From a virus (Duplodnaviria; Caudoviricetes): a DNA stretch of 36,798 bases. The notes below the pieces were generated by a model that saw only the letters and a program-made list of their open reading frames with translations, was not told the DNA's origin and made no database searches. The stretch is from IMG/VR virus record IMGVR_UViG_3300030330_005218, positions 1-36,798 of that record, one strand, 5' to 3'. Position numbers and translations under genes: made by a program. Shown here piece after piece: positions 1 through 10,889 of this stretch (within the stretch, counting starts at the first letter, position 1; each line of letters begins with the position of its first letter).

Positions 1-2
1 GT

Positions 3-176
3 AGTCCTTATGATACAGATAAAAATTATAATTTAAGCACGTCTGGAGATAATATTTTAGCTATAACTAGAACTTCTAATCCTAAAAATGTAGCTGTTTC
101 TGGAGCTGGTTCTACAAGCACAGATTTAGATGGATTGAGCTATCATTATCTAGATGTGCATTTAAGAGAGTACTAA
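3..176 (+). CDS. 3' end of upstream gene (partial), hypothetical, probably structural
   Basis: Open frame from the window edge: SPYDTDKNYNLSTSGDNILAITRTSNPKNVAVSGAGSTSTDLDGLSYHYLDVHLREY*. TAA at 174-176 sits 1 nt before the next ATG. Confidence 0.75.
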   Translation, partial: SPYDTDKNYNLSTSGDNILAITRTSNPKNVAVSGAGSTSTDLDGLSYHYLDVHLREY

Positions 177-177
177 A

Positions 178-1827
178 ATGTCTACCTTCTACACAGCTCC
201 GCCCATCTACAATACCGGAGGCTGGGGCTTCCGAGGAAACATACCTACATTTAATCCTACAGGCTCAACCGATAACGTCCTAGAAACTGGGAAAGTTGCG
301 GTCTCAACTTCTGATATACAATACTTCACGAAAGAAAGTAGAAAAGATGTAAATTTAAAAATAGATCCGACTTTTAATTTAAATAACTTAATCACGCCTA
401 GAGTAGATTTTGAAATTGATCCTTCTTTTAAGTCAAACTATTTAATTGCTCCAAGAATAGATTTTGAAGTAAAACCAAATATTTTTCATGTTGGAAAGTC
501 TCTGCCTAAAGCAAAAGTCTCTAGAACTTTAAACCTTGAGTATGCTTCGATAACTTTTATTAAGGGCAAGACTTTTGTCAGAGGTATCGAAGATATTAAT
601 TATTATAGTAAATCTTTTATAGAAGGAAAAAATTATAATACAACAGAAGCGAATTATTACGGCAAATCTTTTATTAAGGGTAAAACTTTTTCTCAGTTTG
701 GAGCTAATTACTTTTCAGATGATTTTACTGAAGGAAAAAATTATTTAGTCTTGCGATCTGATTACTTTTTAGATGATTTTACTGAAGGTAAAAGCTCAAG
801 GTCTGTAAATATTAATTTAGCGAAACAAGAAAGATTAGCGACAAGAGTTAGTGCAGGTAGAAGCTTAGATCTTCAAAATCCTTACAGAATAGAAGGACGT
901 CTGGGTTTAGGCAGAAAAGTAAATATTAACCATGTTTACAATTTTAGTCAAAGAGTTGGCTTAAGTAGAAGCGTCGGAATTAATCATGCTAGAAACTTTG
1001 AAAAACAGAAATACTCTTTATCCACTTCTATACACAACCCAAGAAATAGTTTCCATAGATACAAATATACAAATACTTTAAGTAATTTAAATTATTTCGC
1101 TAGAGATGATTTCGAAGGAGTCTTTTCGGCAAATATATCTTTAAATAATATAGAAAAATTTAGAATACCTTTCTACAAAGGATTTACAGAAAACAGATTA
1201 TCAAATGTAAATTATTTTTCAAAACCTTTTTATAAAGCATTTACAGAAAATAGATTATCAGATACAAATTATTTTTCCACATCTTTTGAAAGGTTTTCCG
1301 AAACAAATACTTTAAATAGAATAGACTATAATTCTGATCCTGTTCCTAAAGAAGCTAAAACCGAGGCTTCTTTTCCAACTGGGGTTGAATTTCCAAAAAT
1401 AAGATATCAAACAGCAGAGCCTGATTATACAAAAGCTTCAACGGGCAGCAATACTTATGGCTATTTGCAATACGAAGGAATTGAAGAGGGTAATCTTTTT
1501 TTCTACGAACCAGACACTGGGTCCTACCAGTGGGAATATTTTCATTATGGAATTAGAAGCGGCATTTTTAATCCTTGCGAATTCCCAGAAACAGCAGACA
1601 GGACTTTAGATCCAGTTCAAATAAGCTCTAGGTCAAACAAAAAAGATAACCCTTATTGGTATTTACCTGACCTTTTAACAGTAGATTCAACTATTCATTT
1701 AGCAGACGGAGCTCCATGCCAATACATATCTCAAGAAAATAGTAGATATGCAGAAATATTTTTAGAAGATGGATTATTACTACTCCCGGAGAACTATACA
1801 AATACAGGACAGTTATATACGATATGA
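178..1827 (+). CDS. Hypothetical 549-aa protein with 18-19-aa internal repeats
   Basis: Long ORF. Repeats include IDPTFNLNNLITPRVDFE/IDPSFKSNYLIAPRIDFE, SKSFIEGKNY/GKSFIKGKTF/SDDFTEGKNY and PFYKGFTENRLSNVNYF/PFYKAFTENRLSDTNYF. No family recognised. Confidence 0.8.
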   Translation: MSTFYTAPPIYNTGGWGFRGNIPTFNPTGSTDNVLETGKVAVSTSDIQYFTKESRKDVNLKIDPTFNLNNLITPRVDFEIDPSFKSNYLIAPRIDFEVKPNIFHVGKSLPKAKVSRTLNLEYASITFIKGKTFVRGIEDINYYSKSFIEGKNYNTTEANYYGKSFIKGKTFSQFGANYFSDDFTEGKNYLVLRSDYFLDDFTEGKSSRSVNINLAKQERLATRVSAGRSLDLQNPYRIEGRLGLGRKVNINHVYNFSQRVGLSRSVGINHARNFEKQKYSLSTSIHNPRNSFHRYKYTNTLSNLNYFARDDFEGVFSANISLNNIEKFRIPFYKGFTENRLSNVNYFSKPFYKAFTENRLSDTNYFSTSFERFSETNTLNRIDYNSDPVPKEAKTEASFPTGVEFPKIRYQTAEPDYTKASTGSNTYGYLQYEGIEEGNLFFYEPDTGSYQWEYFHYGIRSGIFNPCEFPETADRTLDPVQISSRSNKKDNPYWYLPDLLTVDSTIHLADGAPCQYISQENSRYAEIFLEDGLLLLPENYTNTGQLYTI

Positions 1828-1834
1828 TTAAAAA

Positions 1835-1841
1835 GTGTAAT
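1835..1841 (+). promoter_or_regulatory. GTGTAAT motif (candidate phage late promoter)
   Basis: Intergenic AAAAGTGTAAT, 14 nt before ATG 1856. The same heptamer recurs in six other intergenic gaps. Confidence 0.6.
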
Positions 1842-1855
1842 ATATTTAGCTAAGT

Positions 1856-4800
1856 ATGGCAGGAACAAGGATATCACAATTCCCTAATTTACCATCAGGG
1901 AGTTTAGCGTCGGAAGATGTTTTATTAGTAGTAGACATCAGTGATACTTTTTATTCTCCTAGTGGAACGAATAAGTCTACCACTATAGGGGATCTTTCCA
2001 ATTTCTTTTCTAACGAATCCGGGGTCACTACTTTTACTGGGCTCACAGATACTCCAAATACCCTAGGCACAGCGGGCCAATCCGTAGTCGTAAGTTCTGA
2101 TGGCAATTCTTTAATATTTTCTGGAGTAACAGGCGGAGGAGGAGGGACTGGAAGCGCTTCTTCTTTTACAGACTTAACGGATACTCCAACAGGACTAGGG
2201 ACAGAAGGGCAGGCTGTAGTTGTTTCTGGTTCGTCGTTAATTTTTTCTGGTATAACAGGAGGGTCAGCAGGACCAACAGGACCAACAGGACCGACTGGGC
2301 CAGCAGGGCCTAGTGGTGCAACAGGACCGACTGGACCAACAGGACCGACTGGGCCAACAGGACCAGCAGGACCTGCTGGTTCTGGTACTACTTTTTCGGG
2401 ACTAAATGATACTCCTACTGGCTACGGTTCGCCGGGGCAATCTGTAGTAGTAGGGACGGACGGCTCTTCTTTAGTATTCTCTGGTATAACTGGAGGATCA
2501 GGAGGCACCGGGCCTACGGGACCGACAGGACCGACTGGGCCTAGTGGCGCGACTGGAGCAACTGGCCCAACAGGCCCTACGGGTCCAACAGGCCCTACGG
2601 GTCCAACAGGCCCTACGGGTCCAACAGGTCCTACGGGTCCGACCGGTCCAGCCGGAGCAGGAGGAGGGACTACGACTTCCAATAGTGGAATATTAGGAGA
2701 AGATTTATTCACGGGAGATGGAGTAACGACCGGGTTCATGATGACTCGAGCTCCAGTAAATGATTTTAGTATAACAGTAGCAGTAAATGGGCTACTTCAA
2801 ATACCCGGTAATAACTATGATTTAATAAGTGGTAGAAGCGGACTGCTATTTCCAGAAGCTCCTTCTAGCGGCGTAGAAATAGACGTTAGACATTTGGGAG
2901 GTTTAGTAGGCCCGTCCGGAGAACAGGGTATACAAGGAGAAGTAGGAGCGACAGGAGCGACAGGCCCAACAGGACCAGCGGGTTCAACAGGACCAAGTGG
3001 CCCAACAGGACCTACTGGCCCAACAGGACCAACGGGTCCTACAGGTTCGACAGGACCTACCGGCCCAACTGGGCCTACTGGCGCGACTGGCCCTCAAGGA
3101 ATACAAGGCGAATCAACAGGAGTGATAGGAGCTTTAGCTTCTGACTTGTTTACTGGAGACGGAGCAACAGCGAGTTATAATTTAACAAATAGCATAGGTG
3201 AAGCTAAAAATATTATAGTAAGTATTAATGGATTGCTACAATCGCCGATAACCAACTATACAATTAGTGGCTCAGGTTTAACTTTCCCAGAAGCTCCGTC
3301 TAGTGGACTCGAGATAGAAGTTCGTCATCTTCAAGGTATACAAGGCCCAACTGGAGCAACCGGTCCTTCAGGGGCTGGAGGAGCTACTTCTTTTGTCGGT
3401 CTTAGCGACACTGTAGGGAGTCTAGGTATAGAAGGCCAAGTGCCAGTTGTCTCTGGTACGACTTTGGCATTCTCAGGAATAACAGCAGGGTCAAGTATAG
3501 ATTTGTCAGGAGTTGATCAAAATATCGTTCCTGACGTTTCAGATACTCGCGATTTAGGAACAGCAAGTAAAAGATGGAGAGATCTTTATTTATCTGGTAC
3601 TTCTATATATTTAGGGCAACAAGTGTTATTGGAGTCTGGAACGAGGCTAAAACTTAGCACTGATGATGGACAAACTTTTTCTAACGTTGCCACAGTAGCG
3701 GTGGCTGATGATTCTTATGTTGCTATATCGGCTTCTGAAAGTCATTCCGCTTTTAATTTTGATAGCACTTCAGACTTTAATAATACTTCCGCTGCATTTT
3801 CAGACGGCTTGCTGAATCCCGCAACTGGCGGAAGACTGGAGCTAGATTTAGCTACCGGAATGTTTATAGAAGAGTATAGTAATACAAATAAAATAGACTC
3901 TGACAATAGCAGTAATTTTGCAGTCGATGGCAAATTAAAAATTAAACAAGTATTGAACACTGGCGACGGTTCAGACGGAGACGTGAGCGTTACGGGTTCT
4001 AGTACGTATACTATAGATGAAGATACTTTAATAGCAGGGAGAACAGTCGCAGATGCGGTTTCTTATACTTTAACAAATCTAACTTCAACAGTCGCAACTT
4101 GTAGCGCAACGGTTAGTGGTATAGCAGCAGGAGATGAAGTTATGCTTTACTGCGTGCAAGGCTACAGTTCAGCGGATACCGATAACTGGGGCAATTATGA
4201 GTTTTTAACAGTAGATTCAGTTAGTACAACTGATATAACCTTTACTACCTCTAAATCTAAATTTTATGGATCTGCAGCTAATGGCGATGCCAATATCGGA
4301 ACAAGCGCTAGCGCAATGAAGGTGGTAGTTCAAAGAGTTCCAAATTATCAAAACTTAACTGTAGAAAACGGCTCCACTATGACTTGTAAAAGTTATGAGG
4401 ATACCGGAGGCACAGGAGGCAAGATGGTTTTCAGAGTCGGCGGATCTCTAAGTTTACAAGGATTACTAAGCGTTAACCAAAAAGGTTATAGAGAAGGAAC
4501 TACAAATGGAGCGGAGCCCGGTGGCTCGTTTCGAAAACCATATAATCAGAGTGATTACAATAGTTCTAGAAACTATTCCGGAGGTGGAGGTAGATGGTCA
4601 GACACAGGAGGAAATACTGGTGGTGGTGGCGCTAACTACGCAGATGGAAGCAGTGGATCTGCTCAAGGGGGCCAGTCTTACGTTAACCTAGGAATGATAT
4701 CGTCGAATACGGACGATTCAAAAATATTCATGGGTGGTGGTGGTGGTATAAGTCCCGGGCCAGTACCCGGTGGCCATGGTGGCGGTTTGGCATATATCCA

Positions 4801-6115
4801 TGCGGCAGATTTAACAACAACATCAACGGCAGATTTTGAAGCTAGAGGAGAAAATGGAACGACAGGAGGCTATGGTGGTAATTATGGTTCGCGAGGTGGC
4901 GGCGGCGGTTCTTTTTACATAAGCGTAAATACTACAACTCTTAATTCTACAAATATAGATTTAAGAGGAGGTTATAATAGCAACTTCGGCTATAACGGAG
5001 GCTATGGTAGATTTTTATTTAAATATGTTACTCTTTCTGCGGGGGCGCTTTTAACTGGGGATGGTATAGATAATATAGATTTAGATGGTGTTTTTCAGTC
5101 AAGCGCAATTATACAATCTACAAATATATTATCCACTGCTGGACAGGTTGATTCAATTAATAGACTTTTAACAACTGTCACCAGCTTGCCCGGAGGCTCG
5201 CAAGCCACTATACAGTTTGCTACGGGAACTGGAGCAGGTTTCTATTGGCAAGACGCAACGGGAGGCTCTGGTTTAAGCACGACTCTAACAGCAGGGACAG
5301 ATACAGTAACAGACCTGTCTTCTTTGAACTGGTCTGGCACTAATTTTTATTACAAGATAGCACTAACTGGTAACGGCGCTAGTACTCCTGAAATTGACAC
5401 TCTTAAGTTAGATTATGATCCCGATTTATTTATCGGTACTGAGCAAACTTGGACGTCGCAAGCTTTAGGGGGTGGCGTGAAGAGAATAACTCCTACTTCA
5501 CTTTTAGCTTCGTGGACTGACGATTCAGATAACATAAAGCCAAAATATCAATTGCTTGGTTCTGATACATCTGATTTTTCTTCTATCAACTATTACCCGG
5601 GAGCTAGTGACTACTATCAAAACGGTGGCACATACAATATAGATAATGGCAGCCAGCTTGATCTAACTACAGCTATAACTCAACATAACAAATATTGGAA
5701 GATAAAAGTTTATATTTCAAGCGGCCCAACAGCAGCAGATGCTCCCACGGTAAATAGAGTAAGATTAAATGCTAATTTAGCAAACGATTTTGATATAAAA
5801 GGTATTGGAAAAGCATGGGTTAATTTTATAGGAGTAACTGGAGGCGACGCCACTATAACAGATAGCCTAAACGTAAACAGTGTTAGCAGAATATCGACAG
5901 GAGTTTATACTGTTAATTTTAGCGGCCATTTTGACGATACTAATTATATGTTTACGGCCGGTGGATATCAAAACGAAGGTGGCCACGCAGTCATGCCGGT
6001 GCGTGACGCTACGGGGACTACTTCGGTCTCAGGTTATCAAATAGCAATAGTTTCTGGTCAAAGTAGAATAGATTCAACAGGACAAGGAGTTTATCTAAGT
6101 TTCCTAGGAAGTTAA
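1856..6115 (+). CDS. Tail fibre protein (1419 aa): collagen-like GPT repeats, FTGDG beta-modules, Gly-rich domain, C-terminal KAWVNF domain
   Basis: N-terminal RISQFP..D.LLVVD anchor-type motif. Four 'T/SF.GL.DTP' repeats, several (GPT)n tracts, two FTGDG modules and a P..D.RDLG...RW.DLYL fibre motif. The C-terminal KAWVNF domain is shared with the cassette genes. Confidence 0.85.
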   Translation: MAGTRISQFPNLPSGSLASEDVLLVVDISDTFYSPSGTNKSTTIGDLSNFFSNESGVTTFTGLTDTPNTLGTAGQSVVVSSDGNSLIFSGVTGGGGGTGSASSFTDLTDTPTGLGTEGQAVVVSGSSLIFSGITGGSAGPTGPTGPTGPAGPSGATGPTGPTGPTGPTGPAGPAGSGTTFSGLNDTPTGYGSPGQSVVVGTDGSSLVFSGITGGSGGTGPTGPTGPTGPSGATGATGPTGPTGPTGPTGPTGPTGPTGPTGPTGPAGAGGGTTTSNSGILGEDLFTGDGVTTGFMMTRAPVNDFSITVAVNGLLQIPGNNYDLISGRSGLLFPEAPSSGVEIDVRHLGGLVGPSGEQGIQGEVGATGATGPTGPAGSTGPSGPTGPTGPTGPTGPTGSTGPTGPTGPTGATGPQGIQGESTGVIGALASDLFTGDGATASYNLTNSIGEAKNIIVSINGLLQSPITNYTISGSGLTFPEAPSSGLEIEVRHLQGIQGPTGATGPSGAGGATSFVGLSDTVGSLGIEGQVPVVSGTTLAFSGITAGSSIDLSGVDQNIVPDVSDTRDLGTASKRWRDLYLSGTSIYLGQQVLLESGTRLKLSTDDGQTFSNVATVAVADDSYVAISASESHSAFNFDSTSDFNNTSAAFSDGLLNPATGGRLELDLATGMFIEEYSNTNKIDSDNSSNFAVDGKLKIKQVLNTGDGSDGDVSVTGSSTYTIDEDTLIAGRTVADAVSYTLTNLTSTVATCSATVSGIAAGDEVMLYCVQGYSSADTDNWGNYEFLTVDSVSTTDITFTTSKSKFYGSAANGDANIGTSASAMKVVVQRVPNYQNLTVENGSTMTCKSYEDTGGTGGKMVFRVGGSLSLQGLLSVNQKGYREGTTNGAEPGGSFRKPYNQSDYNSSRNYSGGGGRWSDTGGNTGGGGANYADGSSGSAQGGQSYVNLGMISSNTDDSKIFMGGGGGISPGPVPGGHGGGLAYIHAADLTTTSTADFEARGENGTTGGYGGNYGSRGGGGGSFYISVNTTTLNSTNIDLRGGYNSNFGYNGGYGRFLFKYVTLSAGALLTGDGIDNIDLDGVFQSSAIIQSTNILSTAGQVDSINRLLTTVTSLPGGSQATIQFATGTGAGFYWQDATGGSGLSTTLTAGTDTVTDLSSLNWSGTNFYYKIALTGNGASTPEIDTLKLDYDPDLFIGTEQTWTSQALGGGVKRITPTSLLASWTDDSDNIKPKYQLLGSDTSDFSSINYYPGASDYYQNGGTYNIDNGSQLDLTTAITQHNKYWKIKVYISSGPTAADAPTVNRVRLNANLANDFDIKGIGKAWVNFIGVTGGDATITDSLNVNSVSRISTGVYTVNFSGHFDDTNYMFTAGGYQNEGGHAVMPVRDATGTTSVSGYQIAIVSGQSRIDSTGQGVYLSFLGS
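2567..2638 (+). repeat. 18-bp tandem repeat (CCAACAGGCCCTACGGGT)x4 within collagen-coding tract
   Basis: Three perfect copies plus one copy with a single mismatch, read directly from the sequence. Confidence 0.9.
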
Positions 6116-6117
6116 TA

Positions 6118-6124
6118 GTGTAAT
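6118..6124 (+). promoter_or_regulatory. GTGTAAT motif (candidate late promoter)
   Basis: In the 22-nt gap between 6115 and GTG 6138, followed by an AAGGA SD-like sequence. Confidence 0.6.
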
Positions 6125-6137
6125 AAAGGAATAAGAA

Positions 6138-7880
6138 GTGTCAAATATTAAGAAAATATTACCAAATTTAATAGACAGCGGCGATTTAACCATCGTTGGA
6201 GATCTTGAGATCTCTGGCACTATCTTTCAGAGCGGCTCTGTGTTCGAGGGAGGAGGCGGAGGAGGCGGCGGAGGAGGATCTTCGACCTTCACCGGTTTGA
6301 GCGACACGCCTAATTCATTTACCGCTAATAAAGTTCTTACGATTAACTCAGCAGGAAATGCGGTAGAAACGACTTTCAATGCTTCTGCTTTATCTGGTCA
6401 TCAATCTATAGAGCAGGGATACTTCACCGGTCTTACTATAAGCGGAACAAGTACAGGCATATTACAAAATGCAAGTGGTACAATTTCTAATTTAGATCTC
6501 GCCGATAACAAGTTCGATGTTAGTGTTATAGAAGAGAGAGATGCGACTGTCGGAGACACAAATTTTGATAAAGTAGAGTTACTTCTTCCGTTTGATGGCG
6601 CGAATGACGACACTTCAACCACAGACGAAAGCGACAATAATCATACCGTAACCTTTAACGGCAGCGCCGATATTTCTACAGCGCAAAGTAAGTTCGGAGG
6701 GAGCAGTCTTTATATAGGTGGAGGGAGTAACAATTGGGTTAATATAGCTGGAAGTTCTGATTTTAATTTTGGTACAGATGATTTTACCATAGAATGTTGG
6801 ATTTATAGAAATGGTACTTCCTATGGATTTGTATTTGAAACAAGAGGAGGAGAAGATACTACTAGTACTGATGGAATAGGTTTATACATGGGAAGCGGGG
6901 GAAACAATGAAATAGGAGTTGCTGTAAATCGCTCTAGTGTTATTCTCATAAATCAAGATCATCAAACTAATGACCAATGGCAGCATTTTGCTGTAGTTAG
7001 AGAAGGTTCTACGATGACTCTTTATATAGACGGAACGGCTAGAGGCACCGGTTCTAACTCTACTGATTTTAATAGATCCAGACCATTTAGGTTAGGCAAC
7101 TTCCACGGGTCTAGCTCTGGGGGTTACGGATTTCCCGGTTATATAGATGATTTTAGAGTTACAAAAGGACTTGCTCGTTATACTAGCAATTTTACTCCTC
7201 CATCTGCCTCCCATCCAACATCAAACAGTGTCACAGAAAATAAGTACATTGGTCAAATTGGCGGTATAGATGACAGTGATGTGGATTACGGTATAGAGAA
7301 GTTATCTAACTCTCAGCTGATGATTAAGAAGTTGTCAGATAATACTTTTACTCCAGATAGACTTTATGTAAATGTTAATAAATTAGGCGCGCTGGGACAA
7401 GGTGTAGCTTTCGATCAAGTTTATACTGGAGATGGTACAACTACTAATTACGCACTTTCAGAGAACGTCTCTAACGCGAGAGATGTATTAGTGTCGGTCG
7501 AAGGTCTAATACAAACGCCGATAACCGATTATACTCTTTTAGGTCAGACGGGAGTTTCGTTTACAACCGGCGTTACAAGTGGTCATGAAATTAGTTTCCG
7601 GCACTTGGCTTTAGGGCCTTCAGGCGCAACTGGGCCTTCGGGAGCCGACGGAGCTTCGGCGAATATTAGTTATTTAACTAACAGATTTACCGGTAACGGA
7701 GTTGTTAGTGGCTTTGAAATGACAAGATCAATATCAACTGCAGATGAAATTTTTGTTTTTGTGAATGGATTAGCACAAGATAGTGGAGAGAACTTTAGCG
7801 TTACTAACGGAACAGGACTATTTTTCTCCAGCGGAGAAATAGCTAGTGGAGATAAAATCATGGTGAGGCATGTATACTAA
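6138..7880 (+). CDS. Short fibre/scaffold protein (580 aa) with embedded LamG-like domain and two FTGDG modules
   Basis: GTG start with SD-like AAGGA. Poly-Gly, then LamG-like motifs (DFTIECW, WQHFAVVR, LYIDG, GYIDDFRVTKG). Ends IMVRHVY like the 2835-aa protein. Confidence 0.85.
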   Translation: MSNIKKILPNLIDSGDLTIVGDLEISGTIFQSGSVFEGGGGGGGGGGSSTFTGLSDTPNSFTANKVLTINSAGNAVETTFNASALSGHQSIEQGYFTGLTISGTSTGILQNASGTISNLDLADNKFDVSVIEERDATVGDTNFDKVELLLPFDGANDDTSTTDESDNNHTVTFNGSADISTAQSKFGGSSLYIGGGSNNWVNIAGSSDFNFGTDDFTIECWIYRNGTSYGFVFETRGGEDTTSTDGIGLYMGSGGNNEIGVAVNRSSVILINQDHQTNDQWQHFAVVREGSTMTLYIDGTARGTGSNSTDFNRSRPFRLGNFHGSSSGGYGFPGYIDDFRVTKGLARYTSNFTPPSASHPTSNSVTENKYIGQIGGIDDSDVDYGIEKLSNSQLMIKKLSDNTFTPDRLYVNVNKLGALGQGVAFDQVYTGDGTTTNYALSENVSNARDVLVSVEGLIQTPITDYTLLGQTGVSFTTGVTSGHEISFRHLALGPSGATGPSGADGASANISYLTNRFTGNGVVSGFEMTRSISTADEIFVFVNGLAQDSGENFSVTNGTGLFFSSGEIASGDKIMVRHVY

Positions 7881-9028
7881 TGAAAGAATTTAAACTAGAC
7901 AAAATCAAAGCGACCGGCACGACGGTTGGAGACGTGCATTTTCCGAAAGTTAAATGGCTGTCGCCTTTCGATGGGTCAAACGGAGCGACGACTACGACTG
8001 ACTCGAGCAACTCTAATCTTTCGTTAACTATACAGGGGTCAACTGTAATTTCTACAGCGCAAAGTAAATTTGGCGGAAGTAGTTTATATGTGACAAATTC
8101 TAGCTCAGAAGGAGTTTACGCTTCTGCAGCTGGCAGTACAATTAATTTGACGGGAGATTTTACTGTAGAGTATTGGTTTCGTAGAGTACAGGTAACACTT
8201 GCGGATAACATGGTATTAGGACCGTTGTACGGAGCTAATAGCACTACAAACCCTACAGGTTATAGCGGACTTTTAATTGGATATTATTACAGTTCGGTAA
8301 GCACATCTCAAGCTCTTTTATACAGCAGTAGTAATGGATCTAGCTGGAATGTAGCGCAAAATGTTCAAATGGGTACTGGCAGTCTTGGCACTGTAGGGCA
8401 ATGGGTGCATATGGCACTGGTCAGGTCTGGCACGACTTGGAGCTATTATGTTGACGGCACGAGGACTTATACTGGGACTCTTGGTTCTGATACATTAGCA
8501 ACTCCCGGGTCCTATATTATTCTGGGCAAAAGTTGGGGGAGTGGCACAAACAATGCAGAGGGTTACTACGACGATTTTAGAATCACCCAAGGATTAGCGC
8601 GTTATTCTGGAGCTTCTTTCACGCCGCCTACTACTGCGCATCTAACTTCCGCCGGAGATGTTAACAAGCACATCGTCGTCAACCCTGACGCAGATGGTGT
8701 TGCGATTGGCACAGGCGGCATTTCCCAAGAACGGGTCGCTAAAGCTTGGGTGAACTTTAACGGAACAGGGACTGTAGCTATAAATGGAAGCTATAACGTA
8801 TCTAGTATAACTGACGATGGGACAGGAGATTACGATATAAACTTTAGTACAGCGCTCGCAGACACAAATTATGCAGTTGTTGGTACGGTTGGAGGGTCAA
8901 ATATAGTGGAATTCAAAAGAGACCAAAATGAAACGAGAACAACAAGTAAAGCGGGAGTATATAGTCTTAACGGAAGTCATGCTTTAGCTGATGGCCCTCA
9001 TATAGAAGCAATAGTTTTCGGCAATTAA
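7880..9028 (+). CDS. LamG/ConA-like adhesin cassette 1 (putative receptor-binding protein)
   Basis: TTVGDVHFPKV, SKFGGSS, DFTVEYW, WVHMALVR, GYYDDFRIT, AHLTSAGDVNKHIVV, AKAWVNFNG, ending FGN*. Confidence 0.82.
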   Translation: MKEFKLDKIKATGTTVGDVHFPKVKWLSPFDGSNGATTTTDSSNSNLSLTIQGSTVISTAQSKFGGSSLYVTNSSSEGVYASAAGSTINLTGDFTVEYWFRRVQVTLADNMVLGPLYGANSTTNPTGYSGLLIGYYYSSVSTSQALLYSSSNGSSWNVAQNVQMGTGSLGTVGQWVHMALVRSGTTWSYYVDGTRTYTGTLGSDTLATPGSYIILGKSWGSGTNNAEGYYDDFRITQGLARYSGASFTPPTTAHLTSAGDVNKHIVVNPDADGVAIGTGGISQERVAKAWVNFNGTGTVAINGSYNVSSITDDGTGDYDINFSTALADTNYAVVGTVGGSNIVEFKRDQNETRTTSKAGVYSLNGSHALADGPHIEAIVFGN

Positions 9029-9031
9029 AAA

Positions 9032-10174
9032 ATGAATTTACAAAAATTAAGATTAGGGCAACTGAAACCAGCGGACGGAGCGACGACGGTTGGGGATGTG
9101 CATTTTCCGAAAGTGAAGCTTCTGTTGCCTTTTGATGGGTCGAACGGAGCAACGTCAACAGCCGATAGTAGTAGCATGGGTAATGCAATTACTTTTAATG
9201 GTAATGCACAAATATCTACGTCACAAAGCAAGTTTGGTTCATCAAGTGCTTATTTTGATGGTACTGGCGACTACATTGATGCCGGAGGAAGCTCTCTGAG
9301 GTCTGCGTGCGACAGCGGAGATTTTGCTCTAGAGTTTTGGTTCTACCAAGACTCAAGGCCTGATTACGCAAGCTTAATAACTAACTACGGAACAGGTAAT
9401 GGAGGGTGGGCTGTTTATATAAACAGCGGATCGCCACAGCAGGTATACTGGTGGCACTACAATGGATCTGGATGGGTCTACTTAAACCAGTCGCAAGGAA
9501 CTAGAACAACTATCACATTAGATACGTGGCACCACGTAGCAGTGACAAGAAGCGGAAGTACTTTTCGGCTATTTCTAAATGGAACACAGGAGGATACCAT
9601 AACCGACAGTAATAATATAACTGCTAGCAATGGTGCTGTTTTCAATGGCTTACGTTTCGGAACAATAAACGCAGGGCTACAGTATGCTTTCCACGGTTAC
9701 ATAGATGATGTTCGCATCACAAATGGAGATGCTCGTTATACTTCAAATTTCACACCGCCAACAACTGCGCATCTAACTTCTGCCGGAGACGTAAATAAAC
9801 ACATCGTCGTCAACTCGGACGCAGATGGCGTGGCGATCGGCACGGGTGGCATTAACCAAGCGCGGATTGCGAAAGCATGGGTAAACTTTAATGGAACGAG
9901 CACTGTAGCCATAAGAGAAAGTTATAACATAAGCTCTTTAGCTGATAGAGGAACGGGGCTTTACTCGTTGAACCTTTCGACAGCCTTGTCTTCTGTAGAG
10001 TGCGCAGGAGCAGGCTCCGCGACAGATCAAGACACAGGAACAGATACTACTCAGAGAAATAGAATGGTTACTATAATTCCAGAGTCAACAAGCCTTGTAT
10101 ATGTAAATGGTTTCGATACTAGTGGAAACGCAGACGATATAGCGATAGCGACAGCTATAATTTTCGGGAATTAA
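9032..10174 (+). CDS. LamG/ConA-like adhesin cassette 2
   Basis: Same architecture as cassette 1. N-terminus nearly identical to cassette 6. Confidence 0.82.
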   Translation: MNLQKLRLGQLKPADGATTVGDVHFPKVKLLLPFDGSNGATSTADSSSMGNAITFNGNAQISTSQSKFGSSSAYFDGTGDYIDAGGSSLRSACDSGDFALEFWFYQDSRPDYASLITNYGTGNGGWAVYINSGSPQQVYWWHYNGSGWVYLNQSQGTRTTITLDTWHHVAVTRSGSTFRLFLNGTQEDTITDSNNITASNGAVFNGLRFGTINAGLQYAFHGYIDDVRITNGDARYTSNFTPPTTAHLTSAGDVNKHIVVNSDADGVAIGTGGINQARIAKAWVNFNGTSTVAIRESYNISSLADRGTGLYSLNLSTALSSVECAGAGSATDQDTGTDTTQRNRMVTIIPESTSLVYVNGFDTSGNADDIAIATAIIFGN

Positions 10175-10179
10175 AAAAA

Positions 10180-10887
10180 ATGAGAGATTTTCTAGTAACA
10201 TACCTAAGTCCAAAATTAAAGTTGGAAGAAAACACCACTGTTAATTTAGATAACAGTATGTCCGCGGCAACTATCAATGCATTAATCGCCGCACAGCCGA
10301 AAGACTTGAATGGCTACATACTCACTTTTCAGTTCGCGGATGGGACATATACTCTGAACGAAACGTTAGATTTTTCTGGTTTTCGCGGAGGAGGAAGTTT
10401 AAGAATTCATGGCAACTCGTCAGATAACTCACTTAGTACGACAAAATCTGTAAATTTAGATTTTTCCGGTACTGCTGGACTGGATGGCTTACATGTTTTT
10501 AACAACGCAGGAGTACTATCAGACGTAATGTATCTTAAAATAACTACTAACTCTAGTAGTAGCGTATATTCATTATATTTTCGAAACTGCAGTTGGGCAA
10601 TAGTCTATTATAATTATGTTACTGCTTCTAGCGCTGCCAACGGCTTCGGATATACTTCATACGCTTCGCATTGCACTTTTCAGAATAACTATATTACAGG
10701 TCACTGGGCGGGATTCTATTTCACATACAGCTCTCATAATATGGCATGGGCAAATGATGATTCTGGAACTCTTCCATCACGCGCATATTACGGAGATGGC
10801 GGGTCAAGAACAGGGTATTATTCAACCGTCCCCTCTGCTTCAACCACACAAATCGTCCAAAATGGTGGGTCAAAAATAACTTCGTAA
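10180..10887 (+). CDS. Putative beta-helix (pectin-lyase-like) tail-associated protein
   Basis: 'INALIAAQPKDLNG..LTFQFADGTYTL' N-cap motif typical of right-handed beta-helix proteins, followed by Asn/aromatic-rich short strands. Lies within the fibre operon. Confidence 0.55.
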   Translation: MRDFLVTYLSPKLKLEENTTVNLDNSMSAATINALIAAQPKDLNGYILTFQFADGTYTLNETLDFSGFRGGGSLRIHGNSSDNSLSTTKSVNLDFSGTAGLDGLHVFNNAGVLSDVMYLKITTNSSSSVYSLYFRNCSWAIVYYNYVTASSAANGFGYTSYASHCTFQNNYITGHWAGFYFTYSSHNMAWANDDSGTLPSRAYYGDGGSRTGYYSTVPSASTTQIVQNGGSKITS

Positions 10888-10889
10888 AA

